Shown here one piece after another: positions 18,199 to 28,092 of a stretch of DNA of 41,433 nt. Location of the stretch: sequence record SRR2962707_3286. One strand, given 5' to 3'. The position numbers and the translations under genes are program-made. A model generated the notes under the pieces. That model ran no database searches and was not told where the DNA came from. It saw nothing but the letters and a program-made list of their open reading frames with translations. Every line of letters starts with the position of its first letter. Position 1 is the first letter of the stretch.

Positions 18199-19355
18199 AT
18201 CCCGGCCTCGGCCAGTGTCGCGCGGGCAATGATCACCTTTTGCACATCGGACGCCCCCTCATAGATACGCAAGGCGCGGATCTCGCGGTACAACCTCTCG
18301 ACCACGGCGCCTGACCGCACGCCATCGCCGCCATGCAACTGCACTGCCGCGTCGATCACCTTTTGCGCCTCATCCGTTGCGAACAGCTTGGCCATTGCGG
18401 CCTCGCGCGTCACCCTTGGTGCCCCCATGTCCTTGGTCCAGGCAGCGCGATAGACCAGCAGTGCGCCGGCATCGACCCGCAACGCCATGTCAGCCAGATG
18501 CGCCTGCACCATTTGCAGATCCGCCAGCGGCGCTCCCTGCACCTGTCGCGCCTGCACCCGCGACAGCGTCTCGTCCAGGGCACGGCGCGCAAACCCCAAG
18601 GCCGCCGCCGCCACCGTCGTGCGGAACACGTCCAGCACCGACATGGCAATCCGGAACCCCTGCCCCGGCGCGCCGATCATGGCATTTGCCGGCACACGGC
18701 AGCCATCAAACCGCAGCCGGGCAAGGGGATGGGGCGCGATGGTTTCCAGCCGCTCGGCCACAATCAGCCCAGGCGTGTCAGCAGGCACAAGAAAGGCCGA
18801 TAACCCCCTGGCCCCCACACCCTCTCCCGTGCGGGCAAAGACGGTGTAGACATCCGCAATTCCACCGTTGGAGATCCAGGTCTTTTCGCCCTCAAGCACA
18901 TAGTCATCGCCATCCCGCGTCGCCGACATGGTCGAATTGGCGACATCGGACCCCGACTGCGGCTCGGTCAGCGCAAAGCCGGCAATCGCATGCCCGGTCC
19001 GCGTCAAGCTCAGCCATTCCGCCTGCTGCGCGTCGGTGCCGAACAGCGACACCGCCCCGGTCCCCAATCCTTGCATGGCAAAGACAAAATCCGCTAAACC
19101 GTCATGCCGCGCAAGCGTTTCCCGGGCAAGGCATAGCGTTCGCACGTCCAGCGGGCGCGGCTCTAATGGGTCCACCGCCGTCGGCAACAGCCAACCACCC
19201 GCGCCCAACGCCCTGACCAGGGTCCGGCAGGCAATGTCGGTATCCCCGTGATCGACAGATGCCAACGCCCGGCCAGCCCAGCCCTCCAACGCCAAAGCCC
19301 AGTCTTTGTGCCGCGGTTCAAGAAACGGCCAGTCAAGGAATGTCTTGTCAGCCAC
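18195..19355 (-). CDS. Acyl-CoA dehydrogenase (AbmD-like)
   Basis: [35 protein letters not shown] with catalytic Glu; GTG start. Confidence 0.93.
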   Translation of the reverse strand: MADKTFLDWPFLEPRHKDWALALEGWAGRALASVDHGDTDIACRTLVRALGAGGWLLPTAVDPLEPRPLDVRTLCLARETLARHDGLADFVFAMQGLGTGAVSLFGTDAQQAEWLSLTRTGHAIAGFALTEPQSGSDVANSTMSATRDGDDYVLEGEKTWISNGGIADVYTVFARTGEGVGARGLSAFLVPADTPGLIVAERLETIAPHPLARLRFDGCRVPANAMIGAPGQGFRIAMSVLDVFRTTVAAAALGFARRALDETLSRVQARQVQGAPLADLQMVQAHLADMALRVDAGALLVYRAAWTKDMGAPRVTREAAMAKLFATDEAQKVIDAAVQLHGGDGVRSGAVVERLYREIRALRIYEGASDVQKVIIARATLAEAGI

Positions 19356-19409
19356 GCCCTGCCCACCACTTCTTCTTTTTAAAAATACTCAAATCCGACG
19401 CGGGCATGA

Positions 19410-20210
19410 CTAATCCCCCTCAAAAGAAGGGCGTTCTTTGGCAACAAACGCCTCATAAGCTCGGGTAAAATCACCCGTCTGCATACAGATCGCCTGTGCC
19501 TGTGCTTCGGCCTCGATGGCCTGCTCCAAACCCATCGACCATTCCTGCATCAGCATCGTCTTGGTCATCATATGCGCAAAGTTCGGACCCGCCGCAATCT
19601 GCTGGGCGAGTTTCAGTGCCTCGTCTTCTAGGGCGTCGGCGCCGATTAGACGATTGAAGAACCCCCAACGCTCGCCCTCTTCGGCCGACATCGACCGGCC
19701 AGAATACAGCAGTTCTGCGGCCCGCCCCTGACCGATGATGCGCGGCAGGATCGCGCAGGCCCCCATGTCGCAGCCGGCCAATCCGACCCGGGTGAACAGA
19801 AACGCAGTCTTGGCCTGCGGAGTCGCAAGTCGCATGTCGGACGCCATGGCAATGATCGCCCCCGCCCCGACACAAATCCCGTCCACCGCCGCGATCACTG
19901 GCTTGCCACAAGTCAGGATAGCCTTGACCAGATCGCCGGTCATACGGGTGAATGCCAAAAGCTCTTTCATGCTCATCCGGGTCAGGGGGCCGATGATGTC
20001 ATGCACATCACCCCCGGAGCTGAAGTTCCCGCCGTTGGACCCAAAGATCACAACCTTGACCGTGTCATCATAGGCCAGATCCCGAAACCAGTCGCGTAAT
20101 TCCGCGTAGCTTTCAAAGGTCAGGGGGTTCTTGCGCTCGGGCCGGTCCAGCGCGACATGCGCGATGCCGTCGCTGACCTGACAGCTAAAATGCTGAACGT
20201 CCGTTCTCAT
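19410..20210 (-). CDS. Enoyl-CoA hydratase/isomerase (crotonase) family protein (AbmC-like)
   Basis: [32 protein letters not shown]. Confidence 0.92.
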   Translation of the reverse strand: MRTDVQHFSCQVSDGIAHVALDRPERKNPLTFESYAELRDWFRDLAYDDTVKVVIFGSNGGNFSSGGDVHDIIGPLTRMSMKELLAFTRMTGDLVKAILTCGKPVIAAVDGICVGAGAIIAMASDMRLATPQAKTAFLFTRVGLAGCDMGACAILPRIIGQGRAAELLYSGRSMSAEEGERWGFFNRLIGADALEDEALKLAQQIAAGPNFAHMMTKTMLMQEWSMGLEQAIEAEAQAQAICMQTGDFTRAYEAFVAKERPSFEGD

Positions 20211-20677
20211 GTCCCGTCCTCTTTGTGGGTGACGTCGTCAAAGCGCGCTGCAAGATCGGCAGCTTCTTCAGCGCTGAAATCCCCCAGCAGTTCGTCGATC
20301 CAACTCTCGTGCGCCACCGCCTGCCGGGCGAATTCCTCTTGGCCTTTGCGGGTCAGCCGCACCAGCGTCGCGCGCCTGTCGCCGGGCACCTGCACGCGGA
20401 CCACCATCCCGTCTTCGGCCAGCCGGTCGACAATGCCGGTAACATTGCCGTTCGATACCCGCAAAACGCCCGACAGCGCCGACATTTTCAACCCCGCCTC
20501 GAATCGCGACAGCGCCGCCATCACGTCAAACCGTGGCAGGGTCGATCCGAATTCCGTGCGCAGCCGGTCGCGCAACTCCGCCTCGACCCCGCGCGCGCTT
20601 TTTAACATCCGCAGCCACAGCCGCAGCCGCGCCTTTGATGTTGCTGTGCCGCCAATAGCCTCGGGATAGGTGTTCAT
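20207..20677 (-). CDS. MarR-family transcriptional regulator
   Basis: [36 protein letters not shown] overlaps on both sides. Confidence 0.93.
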   Translation of the reverse strand: MNTYPEAIGGTATSKARLRLWLRMLKSARGVEAELRDRLRTEFGSTLPRFDVMAALSRFEAGLKMSALSGVLRVSNGNVTGIVDRLAEDGMVVRVQVPGDRRATLVRLTRKGQEEFARQAVAHESWIDELLGDFSAEEAADLAARFDDVTHKEDGT

Positions 20678-21417
20678 ATCTCACCTCCCGACATGGACAG
20701 CGTATGGCCATTGACCGAACGCGCTGCGCCAGAACAAAGCCAAAGCGCAGCACCCGCCACCTCGTCCGTCTGGATCAGGCGTTTCTGTGGGTTGCCTCTA
20801 GTCAGGTCATCGACGGCATCCTGGCGCGCCTTGCCGGTCTTTTCGACGATATTCTGCACGGACCGCTCCAACATGGGGGTTTCGATGAACCCCGGGCACA
20901 GTGCATTTACGGTAATCCCGGTCTTTGCCAGTTCCAGCGCTAGCGCCTTGGTCAATCCAACTACGCCGTGCTTGGCGGCGACGTACCCGGCAACGTAGGG
21001 ATATCCCTTTAACCCTGCGGTTGACGCAACGGCAATCATGCGGCCCCAACCCGCCTCTTTCATATCGCTCAGCGCCGCCTGCCAGAGGTTGAACACCCCC
21101 GTTACGTTGACGCAAAGCATGTCTTCCAGATCCTGCGCTGTCATTTTGGCGAACGGCTTGCTGACAGCGGCCCCGGCGTTGGCGACCGCGACAGCAATTG
21201 GCCCCAGTTCGGCACGCGCGACTTCAAGGGCTGCGGCAACCGCATCCACATCCGTGACATCGCAGACCTGATAGGCCAGCCCCTGTGCGGCAAGCGTTGT
21301 TTCGGTACGGCCCAGAATGGTGACCTGCGCCCCCTCTGCGGCGAAAAGCCGGGCCATATCGGCCCCCACCCCGGACCCGCCGCCACTGATCACCACATGT
21401 TTGCCGACGACGCTCAT
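20674..21417 (-). CDS. SDR NAD(P)-dependent oxidoreductase (AbmB-like)
   Basis: [19 protein letters not shown] (YxxxK), CPGFIET. Confidence 0.93.
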   Translation of the reverse strand: MSVVGKHVVISGGGSGVGADMARLFAAEGAQVTILGRTETTLAAQGLAYQVCDVTDVDAVAAALEVARAELGPIAVAVANAGAAVSKPFAKMTAQDLEDMLCVNVTGVFNLWQAALSDMKEAGWGRMIAVASTAGLKGYPYVAGYVAAKHGVVGLTKALALELAKTGITVNALCPGFIETPMLERSVQNIVEKTGKARQDAVDDLTRGNPQKRLIQTDEVAGAALWLCSGAARSVNGHTLSMSGGEI

Positions 21418-23702
21418 GCCCGGGTCCCCTCGGTATCGCGGTCAGCCAGGCGCCATGCCTGATCCCGACCCGCCTGGTAGGGCAATGGCCAACTTTCCTG
21501 TCGGTCCCCCAACGCGGTGGCCGCATGCAGCAGCCAGTATGGATCGGACAGATGCGGACGGGCGAGGCAAACAAGATCAGCCCGTCCCGCCATCAGGATC
21601 GAATTGGCGTGATCCGCCTCATAAATATTGCCGACGGCCATGGTCGGGATGCCCGATTCATTGCGGATACGGTCCGAAAACGGCGTCTGGTACATACGGC
21701 CGTAGACCGGACGCGCCTTGGTCGAAGTTTGCCCCGCCGAAACATCGACGATATCGACCCCGACTGCGGCGAACATCCGCGCAATCTCGACCGACTCCTC
21801 GGGCGAAATACCCTTGTCGGACCAATCCGTAGCGGAAATGCGTACGGACATCGGTTTGCCTTCAGGCCAGACCGCACGCATGGCTGTGAATACCTCAATC
21901 GGATAGCGCATGCGATTTTCCAGACTGCCGCCATACGCATCGCCGCGAACGTTCGATAATGGCGAAATGAAGGACGAGATCAGATAACCATGCGCCGCGT
22001 GCAGTTCGATCATGTCAAACCCGGCGCGGTCCGCCATCGCAACCGAGGACACAAACTGTGCCGTCACTGCGTCCATGTCATCTCGGCTCATTTCCCGGGG
22101 CGTATCGTTGTCAGTGGACCACGGCAGGGCTGATGCCGAAATCAGCGGCCAATTGCACGCCGTCAGCGTTTGATCCATCCCTTCCCAACCGACCCGCGTC
22201 GATCCCTTGCGCCCGGAATGGCCAATCTGGCAGCAAAGCTTTGCGCCCGTTTCGGCGTGCACAAAATCCACCAGCCTTTTCCACGCCGCCTCGTGTTCCG
22301 GCGCATATAACCCCGGGCAACCCGGCGTGATACGACCCGTGGGCGAAACGCAGGTCATTTCGGTAAAGACCAGACCTGCGCCCCCTTTGGCACGTTCGCC
22401 ATAGTGAACCAGGTGCCAGTCGCTCGGGCAGCCATCCACCGCCTTGTACTGCGCCATGGGCGAGACGACGATGCGGTTCTTCAACGCCATGTCGCGCAGT
22501 TGGAAGGGTGTGAACATTGGCGCCCGTGCGGGACCGTTGACCGCAACCCCGGCCCGTTCCTGAAACCAGCGTTCAGCAGATTCCAGCCAGCCCGGGTCAC
22601 GCGCACGTAGATTTTCATGGCTGATCCGCTGCGACCGTGTGAGCAGGGAATAGTTCAGCTGGATAGGGTCGAGATCGAGGTAACGTTCCACATCCTCGAA
22701 CCATTCGACCGAATTGCGCGCGGCGGATTGCAGGCGTAACACCTCTAGCTGGCGCTGGTCTTCGTACGCCTCAAATGCCTTGGGCACTGTCGGTTGGGTG
22801 GTCAGGTTTTCGGCAAGGGCGATTGCAGATTCCAGGGCCAGCTTGGTGCCTGATCCGATTGAAAAGTGCGCCGTGGCCGCCGCGTCCCCCAAAAGTACGA
22901 CATTCTTATGGCTCCATTTCTGGCAAAGAACGCGCGGAAATTGAATCCAGGCAGAACCACGGATATGGCCCGCATTGGTCATCAGGGTATGACCGCCTAG
23001 ATGATCTTTGAAAATCTCCTGACAGGTTGCGATGCTGTCCTGCTGGGACATATCGGCAAAACCGTAGGCATCATAGGTCGCCTGAGAACACTCCACGATG
23101 AAAGTCGCGGTGTCGGCGTCAAATTGATAGGCATGCGCCCAAAGCCAACCCTTTTCTGTCTTTTCAAAGATAAATGTAAACGCATCATCGAACTTCTGAC
23201 GGGTGCCGAGCCAAACGAACTGACAGGCACGCAGGTCGATATCGGGGGCAAAGCTTTCCTTGAATATCGTACGCGTACGGGAATTCAACCCGTCGCTCGC
23301 CACCACCACATCGTAGTCGGCCATATAGTCTGCGGCGGTCCCGACCTCGGTCGAAAATCGCAGATCAACGCCCAACGCGCGGGCCCGATCCTGCAGGATC
23401 ATCAGTAGGCGCTTGCGGCCAATGCCACAAAACCCATGCCCCGTGGACAGAACCCTCTGTCCGCGATGAACCAGTGCTACATCGTCCCAATAGGCAAAGT
23501 GGTCGCGGATGGCCGCGGCGCTGTCGGGATCGTTGCGTACCAGATTGTCCAGAGTTTCGTCCGACAGCACCACGCCCCAGCCAAACGTATCGTCGGCGCG
23601 GTTTCGTTCGAACACGACGACCTCGGCCTCTGGCTGACGCAGCTTCAGCGAGATCGCAAAATATAGCCCTGCAGGCCCTCCACCAAGACATGCGATGCGC
23701 AT
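21414..23702 (-). CDS. abmA: Bifunctional anthraniloyl-CoA monooxygenase/reductase (salicylyl-CoA 5-hydroxylase family)
   Basis: N-terminal FAD hydroxylase ([32 protein letters not shown]) fused to an Old Yellow Enzyme domain ([21 protein letters not shown]). Start placed at ATG 23702 (MRIACLGG). Confidence 0.92.
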   Translation of the reverse strand: MRIACLGGGPAGLYFAISLKLRQPEAEVVVFERNRADDTFGWGVVLSDETLDNLVRNDPDSAAAIRDHFAYWDDVALVHRGQRVLSTGHGFCGIGRKRLLMILQDRARALGVDLRFSTEVGTAADYMADYDVVVASDGLNSRTRTIFKESFAPDIDLRACQFVWLGTRQKFDDAFTFIFEKTEKGWLWAHAYQFDADTATFIVECSQATYDAYGFADMSQQDSIATCQEIFKDHLGGHTLMTNAGHIRGSAWIQFPRVLCQKWSHKNVVLLGDAAATAHFSIGSGTKLALESAIALAENLTTQPTVPKAFEAYEDQRQLEVLRLQSAARNSVEWFEDVERYLDLDPIQLNYSLLTRSQRISHENLRARDPGWLESAERWFQERAGVAVNGPARAPMFTPFQLRDMALKNRIVVSPMAQYKAVDGCPSDWHLVHYGERAKGGAGLVFTEMTCVSPTGRITPGCPGLYAPEHEAAWKRLVDFVHAETGAKLCCQIGHSGRKGSTRVGWEGMDQTLTACNWPLISASALPWSTDNDTPREMSRDDMDAVTAQFVSSVAMADRAGFDMIELHAAHGYLISSFISPLSNVRGDAYGGSLENRMRYPIEVFTAMRAVWPEGKPMSVRISATDWSDKGISPEESVEIARMFAAVGVDIVDVSAGQTSTKARPVYGRMYQTPFSDRIRNESGIPTMAVGNIYEADHANSILMAGRADLVCLARPHLSDPYWLLHAATALGDRQESWPLPYQAGRDQAWRLADRDTEGTRA

Positions 23703-23747
23703 TGCCGTCCCCCTGGTTGCCGCGACGTCTTTGCCGCCCTTTCCCAA

Positions 23748-23776
23748 ACGCTAGAAGCCTGCCGATTTTATTTCAA
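23748..23776 (-). promoter_or_regulatory. Sigma70 promoter of the abm-like operon
   Basis: Minus strand TTGAAA (23776-23771), 17-nt spacer, TAGCGT (23753-23748). Confidence 0.6.
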
Positions 23777-23801
23777 GCAAAAATGTTTTGAGCTTGAAAT
23801 A
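23769..23801. promoter_or_regulatory. Inverted repeat / tandem candidate MarR operators
   Basis: TATTTCAAGC-N13-GCTTGAAATA perfect 10-bp inverted repeat; contains TTTTGAGCTTGAAA (12/14 match to the palindrome TTTCAAGCTTGAAA). Confidence 0.6.
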
Positions 23802-23822
23802 CATTTTGGTTTTGCCTAGCCT
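23794..23822 (+). promoter_or_regulatory. Divergent sigma70 promoter facing the hydrolase gene
   Basis: TTGAAA (23794-23799), 17-nt spacer, TAGCCT (23817-23822). Confidence 0.55.
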
Positions 23823-23979
23823 TCCTTCAGTACCGAAGCTTTCCTGGCCACACTTTCTCCCTCCTTGATTGAAGATCATTCGGGCACGGGTGTGATGGAC
23901 GTTATGCGCCGCTCTGAATAGATTGCGCCGCAACTATGCGCCGACTACGCATTATTCGTGCGAAAAAAGGGGGCACGCT

Positions 23980-24810
23980 ATGACAGGATTTGCCGTTTCA
24001 GACTGGGACGACGCATATGAAAATGGGCGGAACATCCCCAACGGGGCTGACTGGCCGGGCCAGTGGGTCACGCCGGCGGAATCGTTCCGGCAGCACTGCG
24101 ACAATCGGCTAGACATACCCTATGGCACCGGCACGCGGGAAAAATATGACCTGTTTTCGCCAGAGGGCATGCCCAAGGGCCTGTTTGTCTTTGTTCACGG
24201 CGGTTACTGGGTGGCGCTGGATAAATCCTATTGGTCCCACCTCGCGCGTGGTGCAGTTGAACGCGGCTGGGCCGTGGCGATACCGTCCTATGACTTGTGC
24301 CCGACCGTTTCAATTGCCCGGATCACCGCACAGATCGGCGCGGCGGTTGACCATGCCGCAGGGCAGATCGCAGGACCGATCGTACTGTCGGGGCATTCCG
24401 CAGGCGGCCATCTTGTGACCGCCATGATGTGTGAAGACACGCCGCTTGCGCCTGACACACAGAGTCGGCTGCGACATGTGGTGTCAATCTCGGGACTGCA
24501 CGATCTGCGCCCGCTGCTGATGACCGCCCGCAACCAGACATTGGGAATGGATATGGCATCGGCCAGCGCTGCCAGCCCGGCATTGCATCGCCCGCTCTCA
24601 GCGGTGCGCCTGACTGCGTGGGTCGGCGGCGGCGAACGGCAGGAATTTCTGCGCCAGACCGCGTTGATCGCTAATATCTGGCATGGTCTGGGCTGCGTCA
24701 CCTCGGCTGTCGTCGAACCGGACCGGCACCATTTCAACGTGATTGACGGGCTGGCGATGCCGGGTTCGCCCTTGACGCGGGCCGCGCTGGCCGATCCTGT
24801 TGAAGATTGA
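23980..24810 (+). CDS. Alpha/beta hydrolase, kynurenine/aryl-formamidase-like (HSL family)
   Basis: DWDDAY, FVHGGYW, nucleophile motif GHSAGG, RHHFNVI. Start placed at ATG 23980 after AAGGGGG. Confidence 0.87.
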   Translation: MTGFAVSDWDDAYENGRNIPNGADWPGQWVTPAESFRQHCDNRLDIPYGTGTREKYDLFSPEGMPKGLFVFVHGGYWVALDKSYWSHLARGAVERGWAVAIPSYDLCPTVSIARITAQIGAAVDHAAGQIAGPIVLSGHSAGGHLVTAMMCEDTPLAPDTQSRLRHVVSISGLHDLRPLLMTARNQTLGMDMASASAASPALHRPLSAVRLTAWVGGGERQEFLRQTALIANIWHGLGCVTSAVVEPDRHHFNVIDGLAMPGSPLTRAALADPVED

Positions 24811-24863
24811 GGCAACACACCTCGCGCAGTCCGGGAAAAGGCACGTACGGCAGAAAGACTCAC

Positions 24864-24895
24864 TTGACCGGAGATAAGCTTCAAGCCTTAAATAT
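24864..24895 (+). promoter_or_regulatory. Candidate promoter and operator for the ABC-cupin-monooxygenase operon
   Basis: TTGACC at 24864-24869; CTTCAAGCCTTAAA at 24879-24892 (11/14 match to TTTCAAGCTTGAAA) covers the AT-rich -10 region. Confidence 0.5.
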
Positions 24896-24975
24896 CGATA
24901 TAGAAAATATTTGCGCCCAAACATTGCCGATCCGGAAACCGGGCGGCGGGGCGCACCAACAACGGGAGACGACCC

Positions 24976-26160
24976 ATGTCCATCAGAACCACATTGCTGG
25001 CATCAACGCTTGCTTCACTTGCCGCCGCGCTGCCTGCCAGTGCACAGGAACTGCCCGGCGCCAGCGACGGCGTGCTCAAGATCGGGCTGATCTACACATT
25101 GTCCGGCCCGGCTGCGGCGCTTGGCACACAGGCGCGCGACGGCTTTATGCTGGCCGTGAACCAGATCAAAGAAGTCGGCGGCCTGCCGACCGAAATCATC
25201 ATCGTCGACGATGAACAGCGCCCCGACCTCGCCGCCGACAAGGCGCGCGAACTGGTGGCCCGCGATCATGTCGATTTTGTGGTGGGCCCGATTTTTTCAA
25301 ATATCCTCGGTGCGATCCACAAGCCTGTGACCGAAACGGGCACAATCCTGATTTCGACCAATGCCGGCACGTCCAGCTATGCGGGAACAGAGTGTAACGA
25401 GAATTTCTTTGCCACCTCCTACCAGAACGACCAGAACCACGAAGTGATGGGTGCCTATGCACAAAAACAGGGCTATCAGAACGTCTTTCTGATGGCGCCC
25501 AACTATCAGGCCGGCAAGGACAGCCTGAACGGGTTCAAGCATTCCTACACAGGCGGTGTCGCGGGCGAGGTATTCACCGAACTCGGGCAACTCGATTTCA
25601 GCTCGGAACTGGCGCAGATCGCGGCGTTTCAGCCCGATGCGCTGTTCACCTTTATGCCCGGCGGTATGGGTGTGAACCTGGTCAAGCAATATAGCCAGGC
25701 AGGTCTGACATCGATTCCGTTCCTGTCGGCCTTTACCGTAGACGAAACCACCCTGCCCGCGACGCAGGACGCGGCGGTCGGCCTGATGGGTGGGGCGAAC
25801 TGGGCACCGGATCTGGACAACGCGGCCAACACGGCCTTTGTGGATGACTACCTCGCTGCCTATGATGCCGTCCCCGGAACTTATGCAATGCAAGCTTATG
25901 ACGCGGCACAACTGATCGATTCCGCAGTGCGTTCCGTCGGCGGCGACCTCACCGACCGGGCCGCACTGAAGGCCGCACTGCACAAGGCCGACTTCGCCAG
26001 TCCGCGCGGCGATTTCAGCTTTGGCAACAACAACTTCCCGATCCAGGACTTCTATCTGGTCAAGGCGGAGAAACGTGCCGACGGCAAATACCAGACCGCG
26101 ATCGTCGAAAAGATCTTTGACGATTACAAAGACAACTATGCCGATCAGTGCCCGATGTGA
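24976..26160 (+). CDS. HAAT-family ABC substrate-binding protein (aromatic-acid type, AbmH-like)
   Basis: Signal peptide, KIGLIYTLSGPAA, VGPIFSN, PNYQAGKD, FPIQDFY; GGGAG RBS. Confidence 0.92.
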   Translation: MSIRTTLLASTLASLAAALPASAQELPGASDGVLKIGLIYTLSGPAAALGTQARDGFMLAVNQIKEVGGLPTEIIIVDDEQRPDLAADKARELVARDHVDFVVGPIFSNILGAIHKPVTETGTILISTNAGTSSYAGTECNENFFATSYQNDQNHEVMGAYAQKQGYQNVFLMAPNYQAGKDSLNGFKHSYTGGVAGEVFTELGQLDFSSELAQIAAFQPDALFTFMPGGMGVNLVKQYSQAGLTSIPFLSAFTVDETTLPATQDAAVGLMGGANWAPDLDNAANTAFVDDYLAAYDAVPGTYAMQAYDAAQLIDSAVRSVGGDLTDRAALKAALHKADFASPRGDFSFGNNNFPIQDFYLVKAEKRADGKYQTAIVEKIFDDYKDNYADQCPM

Positions 26161-26200
26161 TCTGAACGCCCCGATCTGAAACCATGGGCCGGAGAGACAC

Positions 26201-27121
26201 ATGACAAATCTGTTCATCCTACAGCTGCTGAACGGTGCGCAACTGGGCATTCTTTTGTTCCTCATTGCCGCTGGACTGACGCTGGTTTTTGGGATCATGG
26301 ATGTGATCAATCTGGCCCATGGCGTGCTCTACATGATCGGGGCATACCTTATCGCGACCTTTGCCGCCCTCACGGGCAGTTTCTGGGCCGGGCTGCTGTT
26401 GATGCTGCCCGCCGCCCTTGTCGTCGGTCTGGTGATCGAACGGCTGGTGATACGACCGCTCTATACCCGCTCGCATCTGGATCAGGTGCTGGCAACCTTC
26501 GGTCTGGTGATGATCGTGAACGAAGGGGTCAAGATCCTCTGGGGCACCTCGCCGCTGTCGGTGCCGATGCCCGGTCTTCTCAGCGGATCGATCCCGCTGA
26601 TCGGGCCGCTGCAGTATCCGGTCTACCGTCTTGCCATAATCGCGGCAGGGCTGGGGATCGCGGCGGGCCTTTATGTTCTGGTCAATCATACGCGGGTGGG
26701 GATGCTGCTGCGCGCCGGTGCCACCAATCGTGAAATGGTGTCTGCCCTTGGCGTCGATATAGGCAAGCTGTTTTCGCTGGTCTTTGCGCTTGGCGCACTG
26801 CTCGCCTGTTTTGCCGGGGCCATCGTGGCACCCATCCTGTCGGTTGATACCGGCATGGGGGAAAGCGTGCTGATCCTGACATTTGTGGTCGTGGTGATTG
26901 GCGGAATCGGGTCAATCCGAGGCGCATTCCTCGGCGCTATTCTGGTCGCCATCGTCGACACACTGGGCAGGACCTTCGGCCCCATTGTTCTGCGCTTTAT
27001 CATGGAGCCCGCAGCGGCAGGCCAGACCGGTCGCATGCTCGCCCCCATGCTGGTCTACATCCTGATGGCGGTGATCCTCTTTGCCCGTCCCCAAGGTCTG
27101 TTCGGGCAGAAAACATCATGA
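26201..27121 (+). CDS. HAAT ABC permease (LivH-like)
   Basis: GLTLVFGIMDVINLAHG, VVIGGIGS, RPQGLFG. Confidence 0.93.
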   Translation: MTNLFILQLLNGAQLGILLFLIAAGLTLVFGIMDVINLAHGVLYMIGAYLIATFAALTGSFWAGLLLMLPAALVVGLVIERLVIRPLYTRSHLDQVLATFGLVMIVNEGVKILWGTSPLSVPMPGLLSGSIPLIGPLQYPVYRLAIIAAGLGIAAGLYVLVNHTRVGMLLRAGATNREMVSALGVDIGKLFSLVFALGALLACFAGAIVAPILSVDTGMGESVLILTFVVVVIGGIGSIRGAFLGAILVAIVDTLGRTFGPIVLRFIMEPAAAGQTGRMLAPMLVYILMAVILFARPQGLFGQKTS

Positions 27122-28092
27122 GCGTTGCAGCCACCAACACCCCAACCCGCATATCGGCGCGCATCTGGCTGGCGCTGGTGATCTTTGCCGGTTTTGCCGC
27201 GCTGCCGCTGATCGCCATCGTGACGAACGACCCCTTTCTGCTGCTGATCGGCACACGCATCCTCGCCTATGCGATCGCGGCGATGGCGCTGGACCTGATC
27301 CTAGGGTACGGCGCAATGGTCAGCTTTGGCCACGCCGCCTATCTGGGCTTCGGCGCCTATGCGGTCGCGATCATGAACAGTTTCGGCGTGACCGATCTTA
27401 TGCTCCACATCGCCTTTGCGGTCACGATCTCGGCCATATTTGCCGCAATAACAGGCGCGATTTCCCTGCGCACGCGCGGAGTCTATTTCATCATGATCAC
27501 GCTGGCCTTTGGCCAAATGGCCTATTTCTTCTTTGTCTCGCTTTCGGCCTATGGCGGCGATGACGGCACGCCGTTGCAGGCCCGGTCCACTCTCTTTGGT
27601 ACTGATGCGCTAGAAAATGACCGGGTGATGTTCTACGTCGCGCTCGTCATTCTGATCGCGCTGTTCGCCCTTGCCACCCGCATTGTTGGATCGCGCTTTG
27701 GCCGCGTTTTGATCGGCACCCGCGAAAACCCGGTGCGGATGGAGGCGATAGGCTTATCGCCCTTCCGCTATCAGCTGACGGCATTTGTGATTTCCGGCTG
27801 CATGACCTCGGTCGCCGGGGTCATCCTTGCCAATCAGGCGGAATTCGTATCGCCCGCTTTCATGTCATGGCACCGGTCGGGCGAATTGATCGTGATGGTT
27901 GTACTGGGCGGGGTTGGCAATCTGACCGGCGCCATCGGTGGCGCGGTGGTGGCCTTGCTGCTCGAAGACTGGCTTGCCGTTCTGACCGAACACTGGCGCC
28001 TTTTGTTCGGGGTCTTTCTGATCCTCATGGTGCTTTATTCACCGCACGGCATCACCGGCGCGCTGGAACGTTTCACGAAGGGGCGGAAATGA
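27118..28092 (+). CDS. HAAT ABC permease (LivM-like)
   Basis: GMVSFGHAA-like segment, YFIMITLAF, GGDDG, MVVLGG. Confidence 0.93.
   Translation: MSVAATNTPTRISARIWLALVIFAGFAALPLIAIVTNDPFLLLIGTRILAYAIAAMALDLILGYGAMVSFGHAAYLGFGAYAVAIMNSFGVTDLMLHIAFAVTISAIFAAITGAISLRTRGVYFIMITLAFGQMAYFFFVSLSAYGGDDGTPLQARSTLFGTDALENDRVMFYVALVILIALFALATRIVGSRFGRVLIGTRENPVRMEAIGLSPFRYQLTAFVISGCMTSVAGVILANQAEFVSPAFMSWHRSGELIVMVVLGGVGNLTGAIGGAVVALLLEDWLAVLTEHWRLLFGVFLILMVLYSPHGITGALERFTKGRK

Noticed and set aside
23865..23879. TTGAT-TGAAG-ATCAT as an FNR/FnrL box
   Set aside because: Spacer is 5 nt rather than 4 and the right half-site is imperfect.
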